This document shows, in pieces, positions 12,801 to 23,389 of a stretch of DNA of 64,000 bases. Within the stretch, counting starts at the first letter, position 1; every line of letters starts with the position of its first letter. Under the pieces are notes generated by a model that saw only the letters and a program-made list of their open reading frames with translations, ran no database searches and was not told the DNA's origin. Source of the DNA: Lingula anatina (Eukaryota; Animalia; Brachiopoda); NCBI GenBank assembly GCA_051362555.1, contig CM120642.1, positions 30,876,001 through 30,940,000 of the forward strand. The letters are read 5' to 3'. The position numbers were made by a program, and so were the translations under genes.

Positions 12801-15244
12801 GCCATTGAAAGATTCCTGGTCCGATTCCTGCTTCAGGTAACCCCTCTGTTTGTATGCTCGAGGGTAAAGCTGGCCCCAGTATAAGTGAATGCGACGGTTA
12901 CGGCGGAGGATTTCATCAATTAAGAACAGGATGGAACGGATGACTGGTGTGGGATCGTGGCCAAGGCGAATGTCATTTTCACCCAACTGACAATATATGA
13001 AGTCGGCTGAGGAAACGGCGCTCCAAAGATCGGGAAATTGCCACATGCTGTGGACGTTAGCGCCACCACGCGCTAAGTAGCGTACTCTAGATCCAGCAAT
13101 ACCAAGATTGTTGGGAAGGTCACTGTCGTCCCGAAGTCGACGGATGAAACTATGTCCCATAACTACAACTTCCCGATTGTCTGGTTTCATGCTGAACGTA
13201 TGTGTACTAAGCTGCAAAGAATGAAGGAATAATGCGTGGGGTGAAGTGAGGGTATTGCGTGCTAAGACTTGGTAGTAGGAGGGGGTGTTGTAGAGACAAA
13301 AAGATGTGACTAGGCTATGAGCATCTGTTAAGTATTAAAGTCGGTTCTATTGAAGAGCTGGGTTAATGTGACGCTAATTAGCTCGTCCGGTGAAAGTTAC
13401 GTAATGACCTAAGTGATGTAAGCTTAGGTTACAGATTAGAGAAGACTTTGGAGCCATCTAATTAAACATGCATGTGTCCACAGATGTGGTGCGTGGGAAT
13501 GGCGTAAACATATCTGAACTGAAAAACGTATAGGAAGGCAAGTTTAAGCGTAAAAAGGGGCTATGTAATGTGTTACTAACGACTAATCTGTAGTGATAGT
13601 GTAAAGGTGAGCGTTCTAATAACGAGAGGGATGACTATCGGGGGTGAGGTTCATTAGCTACGGATGCGTAAAATATACTAGTGGACGTGTATTAATAATA
13701 AGCTTCACCTGCATGTCTATTAAGAGCTAACGAGCGGGGTATCTAATGTGACTAAACGAACTACCATACAGTTCTGAGTCCGGTGCTGAGATCCTGGAGT
13801 GGTAAGATCGACGATCGGAGGAAAAAACTCAACGTCCATCGGTGTTAAGTAACGACAAGAGATATAATGCCAACTGTAGACCATGATAACGTAACGAACT
13901 GATATTGAACGAAATAAAGTGAGAGACTTACCGATCTGCTACTTTAGCTGTACTCAAACACTGTCCTCTATTGTTGTACGTATAGTAGTAAGCGTTGTCG
14001 ACGGCTGCACGTCTCTCTATAGTTGACCGCTCGTGCCGGAGGCTGGATACGATCTGACCGCTACTGCTAAGATCTTCAACGCGCACATGTGGGTCACATG
14101 TCAATTAGGACGCGTAACGATTGGTCAAGATGATGTAAGAAGTGCGGTAGAGGCACAAGTGGCTGTATAACGGCGCCAGGGCGACTCCCTACTTATTATG
14201 TAACGTCATAAATGGGATTGCGTCTAAGGCCGCAATCTTGTATTTATACCAGAAGCCTAAATTTAGCACTTCCATCCCATAAATTTCAAATCTCATTTTA
14301 ATGCCCCTTCCTTATATGGGAAATAACAGAGATTCTGACCATCATAAAAACCCACTCTGCCCATTTTACATGCATACTGAGTTGCTGTCACGATACTAGA
14401 ATATCGGTAGTAAATCAATAATTCAACTACATAGTTCATTGTACGTATATGTATAAATCTTATTCAAGAACAGAAGCCATTAATATATGACAGCAAGTAT
14501 GGTTATAGCTGCCATCTTGTGGACAGTCCCCAACTGGATCTTTTCTCTCACAAATATGACCTTTATGTTTACAAGTTTATTGTTATCAATGAGAACAAAT
14601 ATCACAAAAGCCTGAAAAACACAGGTAAATAGTCCAGAAATTAGCATTCTATAAGCATCCCTGCCATGGACACACATACCAGCATAATTTGTTTACCAAC
14701 CACTGAGAAAGTTGAACCATTCAAGATTATTTTCCAAAATGGTATCAAAAATTATCAACATTTTCAACACTTAGAGAGCATTCACATCAAGAAGAGCCGA
14801 GGTCTAGCAAGGCCCAGAGCAAAATATGACTGACCTTCATGAAAGGAAGCCTGCCTAATCCTTTAACAGTCTATCAATGAATAAATTTGAAAATGGGAAG
14901 TTCAAGTATACAATTGATGATTCATTTGGCTTAAGTGAACATTTCTGTTATTCATTAACATAATATTAATGCTATTTATTTATCTTATGAACTTCATAAT
15001 CAGCATTTTATTAGCTTATTTACTTATTTCTATTATTTTATTATTGTTTTAGGGTCTCGGGGGCTCAATTCCTTTGTTTAAATTGTGTTGGGTTTTTAAC
15101 TTTATATACCAATTTTAGCACATTCCACACAAAAAGCAAACTGCCTGATCAAATATGTAAAGTGGAAGAACTTATGCGCATAAATAATCATCTGTAATTC
15201 TCTGCCAAGTTAACACACACTAATAAAAACTGACAGCAACCACA

Positions 15245-15306
<62 letters not shown>

Positions 15307-15919
15307 TCTCCAAACCAAAACAAGTGTGGTTACGACAAAAACACGAGATGGGTTAATTAATTACACTTTAATCTACGCTAATACTAACACACAATGAGTC
15401 TGTGCCCATCGTGTCTGTTAATTAGGCCTTGACTTCATCTGACAGTGGCTTTTTTAAAAATTATTATCACATTTTTCAGAAACCCATATCAGTGGAAAAT
15501 GAACTGATCTTATTTTATTCTTAGGTATCATTACTGTATTTTTAATATATTTAATTCATTATTTCTATCATAACTTTACAATGCTTATCTTTTTTGTGAG
15601 CCCTCACTTCATCTGTTGTTGGTTCAAATGCTTCCATACAATTCATTTATACTGTTTTTCTGAACCAGCATTTCCATGTTATTTTCAGAATAAAATCTCT
15701 TCAAAAATAGTTAGGACTGGTAGTTCTGGTACACTGGCTTCAAAACCAAAAGGCTACTTTGGATTAACTTAAATCAACCCTCATAGTCAACAACCTGCAG
15801 TGAAAAAAGAGCTGACAGTGTTCCAAGTAATTGATCCAATGAAGCACTGATAACTTACCTATGGCCGCCAGCGCCCCTATGTATAGTACCACAGCTTCAT
15901 GAATATGTATTTTCTTCAT
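659..15919 (-). CDS. TGFBR3: TGF-beta receptor type III (betaglycan)/endoglin-like gene, first two coding exons: 15919-15859 (signal peptide) and 871-659 (start of orphan domain); continues off the left edge
   Basis: Exon 871-659 lies between tttcaatttcag and gtaagg (phase 1-1). It encodes CAITYPYSSPYVSPVYEQLTPSGGCVSSNITPSRKEVHVINLQG...VITLHILPL, matching by eye the betaglycan N-terminal pattern C...GC.S.......EVHVLNL......VTLHL.P. Exon 16016-15859 (tttcag / gtaagt) gives MKKIHIHEAVVLYIGALAAI, a signal peptide that joins in frame. Confidence 0.8.
3462..3835. repeat. Compound (CA)n/(GA)n microsatellite with CAGTTT interruptions
   Basis: Directly visible dinucleotide runs. Confidence 0.95.
5014..5176. 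mobile_element. MITE with 15-bp TIRs
   Basis: TIR CAGGCCCGTAGCCAG / CTGGCTACGGGCCTG, flanked by the direct repeat TATTGC (5008-5013, 5177-5182). Confidence 0.8.
6514..6717 (-). repeat. Split direct repeat B2 (204 bp)
   Basis: Identical by eye to 7156-7359 (offset 642); ends in AATAAAT on the minus strand. Confidence 0.95.
6820..7161 (-). repeat. Split direct repeat A2 (342 bp)
   Basis: Identical by eye to 13906-14247 (offset 7086). Confidence 0.95.
7156..7359 (-). repeat. Split direct repeat B1 (204 bp)
   Basis: Identical by eye to 6514-6717; overlaps A2 by ATTTAT. Confidence 0.95.
7874..8823 (-). CDS. Tyrosine recombinase (integrase) of the Ngaro element
   Basis: Catalytic set present: FGLLRISEI (R), FKHS (K), SHSFRIGGAT (HxxR), LGRWRS (W), KKYIR (Y). 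The frame is open from 8848. The ORF-track start at 8716 is TTG and the first ATG is at 8554. Start placed at the splice acceptor at 8823 by inference. Confidence 0.93.
8737..10791 (-). CDS. Reverse transcriptase / RNase H (pol) of the Ngaro element
   Basis: Motifs ISPVGVVPK, FRFIHHLS, AKTDIENAFR, LPMGLSCS, HLLDDFL; RNase H YTDASS, LEMYPIV, HSDNQ, NVAADALSR. The frame opens after TGA at 10794-10792 and overlaps gag in the +1 frame. Confidence 0.95.
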   Translation of the reverse strand, partial: ASFITQTAFSKCRPTNSLIGVATTRSSEHNKSPLDSTGRTLTELYWRRSLSLRDVIKTKSHNQPPDLASVFAGTRDSHATRSRAVSPTNAWAAGAVTPVPLAPNFRQSPLHSKCPANDPTPFEPPALPPTNPDPASEDSSSPLQQAILQNKPYNQDQSITTPVKPQILERYLTNYDIVTSQFLVTGFSEGFKIPFSGSLPQNSTKNLQSASDTSQALDDKILTEVQAGRLLGPLATPPFPNFKISPVGVVPKNSPGKFRFIHHLSHPEGHSVNDGINPEHSSVQYATVADAIRLVKTVGKGAFMAKTDIENAFRIIPIHPDYRFLLGFRHRQFFYFDKTLPMGLSCSCSLFEKLSSALQWIAATKLDIPHMTHLLDDFLVVESSYQGCSNKLQQFLHTCKDIGIPIAADKTTDPATTITFAGIELDSVKQEARLPAEKISRCLELIQSHLRSKKITLKELQSIIGLLNFCCYIIPAGRAFLRRLINLTIGVSKPYFKVRLNSESRADLNMWRSFLLEFNGRGFFHDDAWEGSNTLHLYTDASSQHGFGAILNSLWFWGPWADHLKQLNIAVLEMYPIVAAFSLWRDTFAHKKVIVHSDNQALVYVLNKCSTKEKVILRLLRKLTLVALSYNILFKAEHIPGSDNVAADALSRFDFQTFRSTQTTATPHPVPLPSHLSPEILLAD
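10373..11791 (-). CDS. Gag-like ORF of the Ngaro element (472 aa)
   Basis: ATG at 11791. DIRS/Ngaro gag-like core (LREKIWAKEFVDMKSLL, WRRYDEKFR, FNW) and C-terminal Cys/His finger CFRWNEGQPCNPLTCRFPHQCMGCRGSHPRSSC; lies upstream of and overlaps pol. Confidence 0.88.
   Translation of the reverse strand: MSQLPHIPAPPMEGFSFLQALQEHGEYATAVMTDANVQVAHQHRQNSSPRAAAAASNPIPSSGSLISDAHTSNTATQGVINSPPPGTSQGYMGNPIQGQVSLHGQAPLHTGSQEAVRAVPSNMGYSAPSQLPTTQGFVGNSGHVQPSTSSQSNLGFFATTHSPFPQGYMGNPGYMGNPAQSQVRQSSQGNTGYASNPGPSSSQGYMGNPSSNQAQFQPPTHLHCPAQDQGSQGKSHYSLLDQHVPKNLREKIWAKEFVDMKSLLPPSSNTLTSSEISTPQQLVTQPNVDDDGNISFKLAPAHKRSSPITPYQWQCAFHVFSVIHLQRFPTEAVSLLHYANRILEMQANKFPNWRRYDEKFRAQQKSPGFNWEDPNGVILAEVTFIARRDQDQVPQSASRPGFCFRWNEGQPCNPLTCRFPHQCMGCRGSHPRSSCPQLSSKPSPFKMSRQRSHSFRASGPSPYQPRPSFRRF
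11930..12520. repeat. Degenerate TAACG-rich internal repeat region between the SGNH and gag ORFs
   Basis: Many GTAACG/TAACGTG units; a ~163-bp-period duplication (about 12025-12170 vs 12190-12332). Confidence 0.75.
12459..13190 (-). CDS. SGNH/GDSL hydrolase (esterase) ORF carried by the retrotransposon
   Basis: All four SGNH blocks: VMGHSF (Ser), ARGG (Gly), QLGEND (Asn), SDGVHL (Asp/His). First ATG at 13190. Probable 66-nt in-frame intron at 12604-12539. Confidence 0.9.
   Translation of the reverse strand: MKPDNREVVVMGHSFIRRLRDDSDLPNNLGIAGSRVRYLARGGANVHSMWQFPDLWSAVSSADFIYCQLGENDIRLGHDPTPVIRSILFLIDEILRRNRRIHLYWGQLYPRAYKQRGYLKQESDQESFNGQVDVINDELRRQLSTKSRAHFWKHVGIQDAWKDVLCSDGVHLNTRGRKRLWRSIRGAVIHSRRHLREYTTLLASSRLLTIFSFIVYSGYNNYTHSVTLHTLPSFYSFDSLLFK
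13906..14247 (-). repeat. Split direct repeat A1 (5' terminal repeat, probable promoter and leader exon)
   Basis: Matches 6820-7161; contains the minus-strand donor CG|GTAAGT at 13932/13931. Confidence 0.95.
15247..15303. repeat. (TA)n microsatellite
   Basis: Visible run. Confidence 0.95.
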
Positions 15920-18900
15920 GCCCACACCTCAATGCATTCGGCCCATTACGGGGCCTAGGATTTCACTCTTACACTGGGATGAATCAGAAGATGTGGCTGA
16001 TATCCTACTCAATAGGCTGAAAGTGAAAAAAAAAAAGCATTATTGATTTAAGATTATGAGTACAAGTGAAGGTTTGTATTTTAAAAATACCTTAAAATAA
16101 GCAAATTGGTGAGGCTCACGCTAAGACCCTAATTCAAACTGACCAAGGAGAATAAAAATTTGTCTTTTCATTATCACAGAGGAATTTGTATTATTGAGTT
16201 ACATAATCACTGACCCTAAAATAAATCAAGAAAAAAAAAAAAGAAAGAAACACAACCAACCAGAATACTTAGAATGACAACCTGCTAGGAGAAGAACTGG
16301 CTGAAGAAGAAATGTGAATTGGCTTCAACCCATTCACACTAGTTAGCATTTTTAGGACTGTGGTTATCACCTAACTATGGTTGTGGTGCACAGTCAACTT
16401 TTCTTATGTTACTCGTCATCTAACAACTCCACCACTGGACTTCTAACATGGTCAATTTCAAACTGTGGTCTTTATGGAGGTTGTTTTCATAGTAAAATAT
16501 ATACACTATAAAGCAAATAATTTGTCCGACTTCACAGGCCTTTTGACCTGCTGAATCCCATAGTGCACCCAAAAATGACCTTCCGCTGTCCAGATATTCC
16601 TTATGGGGAGTGGGCAGGTTGGTTGCTTTTTTTAAAGTAAACACATCATTTTATGTATGAACTATAGGAATCAAACAGGAAGTACAATAGATGAGGGACA
16701 TATAAGTAAGGGAACTCCAAAAGTAAAAGTGGGTTTATTTGACTGTAGTCATATCGAGATTCATTGTACCGTACTTTACTTGTTAACAAGTGTGAATAAG
16801 GTATATTTTTCCTGAAAATCAAATGACACACAAGTAACAGGTCCGAAAGCCCTCAAGACTGTCCATAAAGATGCAGTAAAGATGAATGCATCTTGCACAA
16901 TGCAGGTTTCTGTATTGCCCAAAGAGAAGTACTTTATTCTCCGGTAACCTTCAGAGAGAGAAGACAGGAAGAACACAAGTCGGCTTTATGGACACACTGC
17001 TAAGGGATGCTGCAACAGAAAATGTCATAGACAAGGAGAGCTGAAATAAAGAAACCCTGTGCAAGCTGTGGAGTTTCTTTCAAGGCAAACTAGTAGTAAC
17101 GGTAGTCCAAAACCTAAGCCATCTTAAATTAAAAAAAAAAAAAAAAAATTGCAGAAAGATTTTGACTATAAATATTCATATTTACAGTAGTTCATCACAT
17201 TAAACGAAAATTATCTAAATTCAACCACCAAATATTATAAATGAAACAATAAATTCTAAGAACCATCTTATTTACAATATCGATATTACACAAAAAGTTT
17301 CCTGAATTTACTGTTGAATGCTTTAAACAACACTAATAAAGTCACAACAAGAAAATATACACTTATATATTTACTTATCAATAAAGGCATAACAAATTTT
17401 TTACCTCTTCAAAAATCCCTTTCAACAAGGGAACATGCTTAATATCACCTCTATCAAGATCATCAAAAATATGCTGATAGCTATCAACAGTTACAATCAC
17501 TATTGAAGGGACATTTTTCAGTGGGGGAATCTGAAATGAACCATCGCATATCGTATATTGTATCGTCTGAATACCCTCCATTAGATAATTTGCTCCTATG
17601 GTTTGATTTAAAAGATGGTGTACATGGTACAAAAACCAACCAAATGACCCCGCTAATCTACTTTTAAAATCTAGTATGTAAATCTCTTCAAGAAAACCAC
17701 AAAGAACTTTAAAGGAAGCCTCTACATTGAAGGCTACAACCTAAAAAGACTGACATTTTTATGGTTGTTATTAACACTCCCCTCAAGGAAGAAACATCTG
17801 AAATGCTCACCATATTGCTTCAGCAAGGACTTTTGTTACCAAACAATTCTTTTTTCTTTTCTTTCTCAGATCTAAGTAATTTATCCAACAAAACAAACCT
17901 ATTTTATGTTCTTCAGTAAACATTACCTGAGATGACCCCAAATTTGATATCTGATACAGATGACAACAGTTTTCAATAAAGCCCCCTGAAGTTATTATTT
18001 ATAGTTACACACCAAGTGACCCTTTCTGTTGTGCTCTTTTCTGTTGAATATCATTTATTGATTTTTGGGCCACTCTGTTTGTGATAGCACAAAAAGAATA
18101 GGTCATATACATTTAATATGTTATGTGTGCCGTTTTGTATATGCCGTTCTTCTTTACTTAAGGTTCTTGTCTTATTAGTACTTATATTTGGCAGCAAAAA
18201 GAAAGACTGTTTTAGTCTGTCATTAAATGCTGATAAGTTATAACTACAAGACAGCTTACATTTCTCACTAAGTCTATAAAACTAAGATCGATGGCCTTCT
18301 ATTTACTAATTGTACAAATTTGGATGACTGCCAATTCTGACCCCTTTCATGCCAACAAAGTGGTAATATTTAAGAAACAGCAGATATATACTTTTAGATA
18401 TTGGCAATGTATTTTTAACACCCTTTATCATTTGATGCAAGATTGAATTAATTCCTTTATGCTGCTGAACTATGAAGAAACGTGGTAAAAACTCCTTACT
18501 AGTATCGATGTTTCACTCTTAGTGATCAACCTTATTGCTGCATAAAACTTACTTATATACAACAATCTGTTATACATTCTTAAATAACTTTGGTGAATAT
18601 AAATTTTTTCCATATTTCAAATACATGGTGAGTATAAGACTTGAGATGGTAAAAATTCAGGCTACCATGAATAGCCAATAAAACCAAAACAACAACAACA
18701 ATAATAACAATATCAAACTTCCTTCAAAATTATTTTCAAAAGGGCAAGAAAATAATTCATCGTATTCAGCACACAAATCGGAGAAGTATGATAACTTGAA
18801 AGGAATCATTTTGATAAATATTTTTTCAGTTTGCAAATATTTGCACTGGAAATTCAGGCAGCGCATCATTAAAATCTTTTTCACGCAACCCTTGTTTTTT

Positions 18901-19951
18901 AATATGTACACAATTTTAACTATTTATAAATTGTTTTAAAGTATAGGCCTACTATCCACATCTAAAAATGTCCCAAAACCACACTTTCTGTATCAAAATA
19001 TCCTGCAAAGCTATTATCTTTCAAAGTTCAGACCAAAAACAAAAATCCTCCAATTGTACAAATTAGCTTTTTTTCAAGAAAATTTGCTAATGGAAGCAAG
19101 ATACCAGAACAGATACCTTTAAATAAGATTTGAAATAAAAAATGAAAAAAAAAATAAAATAAAAATTTAGCGCTTTTCATTCTGTTAATCACCAGATTTT
19201 TGATATGACACAGAAACCTTAAAGTTGTCATATAGATCTACATACAAATCAAACAATCTTTGAACACTCCAAATTTCCTATGAGCAGAAATATAAAGAAT
19301 GCACCAAATTATACAAGACTTATTAAACAATATAAAAGAACTGGGATTACTAGCCTTTCTAAAAACTGACCTTAAATGTTGACAAATAAATACAAAGCGA
19401 CCACTTCCTGGCTAAAACAAGGTGGAATGACTTTTTTACTACACAGGACAGGAAATGTCATATTCAATGAATGACCTTTTCTATTCATGATGAAATCTAC
19501 AAGAATATGGAGGTCAATCGGTGTGGAAATTTCAAGTCGGACGATATCCGCACCAGCAATCTGTGAAACCATTGTCCCACCATAAGTGAAGTCGTCTTGC
19601 ATACAGAAGCCCCCACTTGCAACACATTTTACACGCAATCCTGGCTAAAGCAACGCAGCGCTAGCCTCGCGCGCTTGATACTCAGGTCATCCATTACAAA
19701 CAAGATGGCCGGCCTTTTATTTGATGACCGCTGTTGCCTGAAAGCGCAGGCGAGCCCCATGGTAAAGTAAACAACTGAAAATTCCGAAAGTTTGAGCCCT
19801 TAAACATCGCCAACCCCCTCCAAATCATACATCATCGGAATTGACAATACATAAGGAGTAAATTGGCGTTGACAAGGCAAGCCAAAGAAACGCAGGGGTT
19901 AAGAAAAGGCTGAGGGTATGGGAGAGAAACCATGACCGAGTGATGCCTCAC

Positions 19952-20240
19952 CTTTTAGCTTACGTCCATCATGTCTTATAGAGGTCAGCGCGCTGGTCAT
20001 TCCCTTGCCGTTATTTCTGGCTTCTTCGCGTACACTACCTCAAAAAATGTGTGCTAAATATATTCCTGAGGTGTTAAGTCACTTGAGCAATGCTTGACAA
20101 GTGTAAAAGTCAATAGGATCCGCGATAAAACTGTGAATTGGTCTTAGCGTAGTACGATTTCCCTCGCTCGGTACAATGTTGTTATTTCGGAACTCATTAG
20201 CATTTTCCATATATGGTCAATTGACGTCACGCGCAAGTGC
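19952..20240 (-). promoter_or_regulatory. Probable non-coding first exon and promoter of the TGFBR3-like gene
   Basis: Minus-strand donor AAG|GTGAGG at 19952/19951, locally CpG-rich sequence and a full CRE palindrome TGACGTCA at 20222-20229. Confidence 0.4.
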
Positions 20241-20886
20241 TGACACCTGCTTGCAAGTGTTTGTCCTCATCGGGTAACATTATGGCGGATAAAAAACATT
20301 TGCATTGTACTAAAATTTCACATTTTCTGTCTTTAACTTTGAGATTTGAGATTTATGAGCTACACAAGCAAGAAAATACAGAGATGATGACTCAACATCA
20401 TAGAAAGGGAAAACTCAGCACAACTATAAAGAATAATATTTGGTTTATTTTGATTGTATTTTTCATAACAACAAAAGTGTGTCAAAAGGTCACAACGCAC
20501 AGTTCATTCATAAAACAGGAATTATTATCTTGACTCAAAACCGGAGCGGGATGCGGTTCCGCTAAGAATATAAATCATCGGAGTAACTATACATAAATGT
20601 AAAATGAAGGCAAATAATTGACAACCCGACCCTTGCACGTATATTAACCTATCATACTGAATGGCATTAGAAATCGCAACTTTCATGTGTAGGTGATTGT
20701 ATTGCTTATTTGGACTCACTAACATTGCTAAATAAACGCAGGACACGGCGGCAGGTGTTTTGAGGATGACAAGGTCTCTTTTTATCCTTTTAATTTTTTC
20801 AATCTGTGTGCATTGGGTTTCATATTTTAGAATATGATGTTATTCGTCCATCAAAATTGATAGGTGCACATATAGGCCTATATAAA

Positions 20887-20995
<109 letters not shown>

Positions 20996-21369
20996 TAGCC
21001 TACTACTGAGATTGACTCTGCGTAGGGTTGGCCTACGGTAAGGCAGTTCAAAGATCTTAAAATTACTTGAAGCTTTTTTCCTGCTATTTTTTCGTCTTAG
21101 CCACATAACAATGTAGATGGAGAGAATACGACAACATTTTTATTCCTCATTGTCCTTCATTTTTTCTTAACGAACGATTTTATTATATGTCAAGTACTGT
21201 CGGATTCAGGTTTTTGTTGCATAAACCTCTGAGTATGACTTCGTTAAATTTGTTTGAATGTTAAAAAGTTTTGAAAAACTGTGAATAAAAGCCTCTACAT
21301 AGGATGGCTAATGCTGATGATGTGCTAATAAAACCGATGATCATAATAAGTATACTGTACAGTAGGCTA

Positions 21370-21674
21370 CAGTGGCGGATTTAGGGGGGGGGGAGGGTCA
21401 GGGGGTCCTGACCAAAAAAAAATCACACCGATAGTCCCCTCTTGAAATTAGAACTTTGACTAGCTGAGTCATAGTTCTAAACCGTACCAAATGACACCGT
21501 TCGCCCTCTAAAATACCAAATTTTTCGGGGCCCTTCAGCGGACCCCGAACCCCACGCCAAGGGTGGGGTGGGGGAGGGGTGGGGGAGGGCGGGAGTCGGC
21601 TTCTCATCCACAGCCTGTCATTCCTAGAAAACGGACACCCCTTCAAATAATCCTGGATCCACGATCCGCCCCTG
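21370..21674. mobile_element. MITE of the CAG(T/G)GGCGGAT...ATCCGCCCCTG family; partial relatives at ~26582-26730 and ~34748-34900
   Basis: Terminal inverted repeats; internal block CCCCTCTTGAAATTAGAA...CATAGTTCTAAACCGTACCAAATG.CACCGTTCGC is shared between copies. Confidence 0.75.
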
Positions 21675-23355
21675 AATATAGCTCCTATCAATAAGATATT
21701 ATATGGTAGAAATACGAGAATGGTACATATCGTTTCAAAACGCAGCATGACGGAATCCTGCCATATGAAAATTAATTGACTTATATTATTTCAATGTGGA
21801 AGTTTAAACATAGAATCCTGTCATATTCATTTTTTTTCTAAATTGTCATAGACCCGTAGGCGACAGAGAGTACGGGAGTGAGTAATAGTGGTGGGCCTGC
21901 TGGTAGTTACTAATACATTAACCTATTCCTCAGTTGTCAGTTCAATGAACTTTACCAGCCACGGCTAGTTCATGCACTACATGTACCAACACTACAGGGC
22001 CTTAAGCGTTGATTAGTGTCGCCTTGGTCCCCAGCAAAATTAACACTTAGATTCATATGACTAACAGTGACTCCACTCTTACCACCACTCTTTTAGTGGA
22101 GGAAAATTTCCAATGGACTCCTACACAAAAATTTAACCCCACCCCACTCCTTTAACAGTTACCCCGTTTCAAATCAATTTTTATATAATTTCATAAATTT
22201 TATCTTAGACGATGTTATTGGAAGAGGTCTAGATTTACCAAGGATATATATCCTTTGACTTACTATTTTATACACATGAATATATCTAGATCTTGACTTG
22301 AGCTTTACGCATGCGCACTTATGATCTACACTTGTTAAACTTCAAACTGCACGTGACATTAATATTTCTCCTCAAACATTCCTTGTGCATCACTAAAATG
22401 CTTCACTAGAAACGTAATGAAAAAGTAACGAACGTGAACTTCCACATATAATTTGGATGGTTAAATAACGACGGAACACCGGCCTTAGGTCTCATTTAAC
22501 TGGCCTAGGGCACATGTAGGGCCTTTGGAAAAGTCTCTCAGACGCGACTAGTCTGTAATTACAAGGCAGACAACCCTAGAAAATTTAAACGTCATATTCG
22601 CAGTTGATTGGCCTATGAATTATGGAAATGAGGGAAACGTACGTTGGTCAGGGGGCTTAACACAGATTAACGATGAAAAATGTGTATGTGCAAACCGCAA
22701 TATAATATTTGACTTTTGTTGTAATTGTCTGTAGTGTAAAGAAACTCATTTCAACTCTCTTCAAAATCCAAAGCAATATCGACACCATGGGTGAGGACGG
22801 GGGTTAGTATGCGCCCCGCCCTTAGCTCATAAAAATTTAATTCACCACAGGAACATATTTTACGCCAAATGCTTGGGAGTAAAATAAACAAATACTTAAT
22901 TTAGTGAAATCCTGTCAGTTTCATACACTTTGTTTAAACTCATCCACTTGTTTGCGGACAAGCTGATTAGAACGACGGAGATAACACCGGTTTTAGATCG
23001 AAAATCCCTGTGTTGAAATCAACGAAATATGAGACCTTTACAAAACGGGCCAAATCGTTGCACCTTGCTGAGACCTGGTCGCAATAACATTGGCATTATC
23101 ATCAGTTGTATACACACAGATTTCAGGACAAGGAAACATTCACACTAAAAACACTAAGACCGAAAATCAGCATGAAACGCGTCATCAGACGGCAAAAATT
23201 ATTCACATTTGCTGGTACTGACAAAGTATTTGAGATTTATTACAGACCCAAGAAAAAAAAAACTTGTGCCTGGGCCATAGAGAGATTTTAAACCAGATAA
23301 TCAAAGATATTTCTCTTTCTAAATAAAATTGCACATATATCTAGAGAGCAATGTT

Positions 23356-23356
<1 letters not shown>

Positions 23357-23388
<32 letters not shown>
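23357..23388. repeat. (CA)n microsatellite
   Basis: Visible run. Confidence 0.9.

Positions 23389-23389
<1 letters not shown>

Larger units (their letters stand above)
6514..14247 (-). mobile_element. Full-length Ngaro-type (DIRS order) tyrosine-recombinase retrotransposon with split direct repeats
   Basis: A repeat at 13906-14247 and 6820-7161; B repeat at 7156-7359 and 6514-6717, giving A1-ORFs-B1-A2-B2 on the minus strand. Intact gag, RT/RNase H and YR ORFs plus an SGNH ORF. No methyltransferase domain after RNase H and no inverted termini. Confidence 0.95.

Noticed and set aside
13660-13873. Short upstream ORF or mini-exons in the element leader (MDVEFFPPIVDLTTPG...)
   Set aside because: Splice sites are weak and no convincing joined reading frame could be built.
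6514-14247. Interpretation as a prophage/integron, LTR retrotransposon, DIRS1 or PAT element
   Set aside because: No DDE integrase or protease, no inverted termini with an internal complementary region, no methyltransferase domain; the A1-B1-A2-B2 repeats with RT-RH-YR fit Ngaro.
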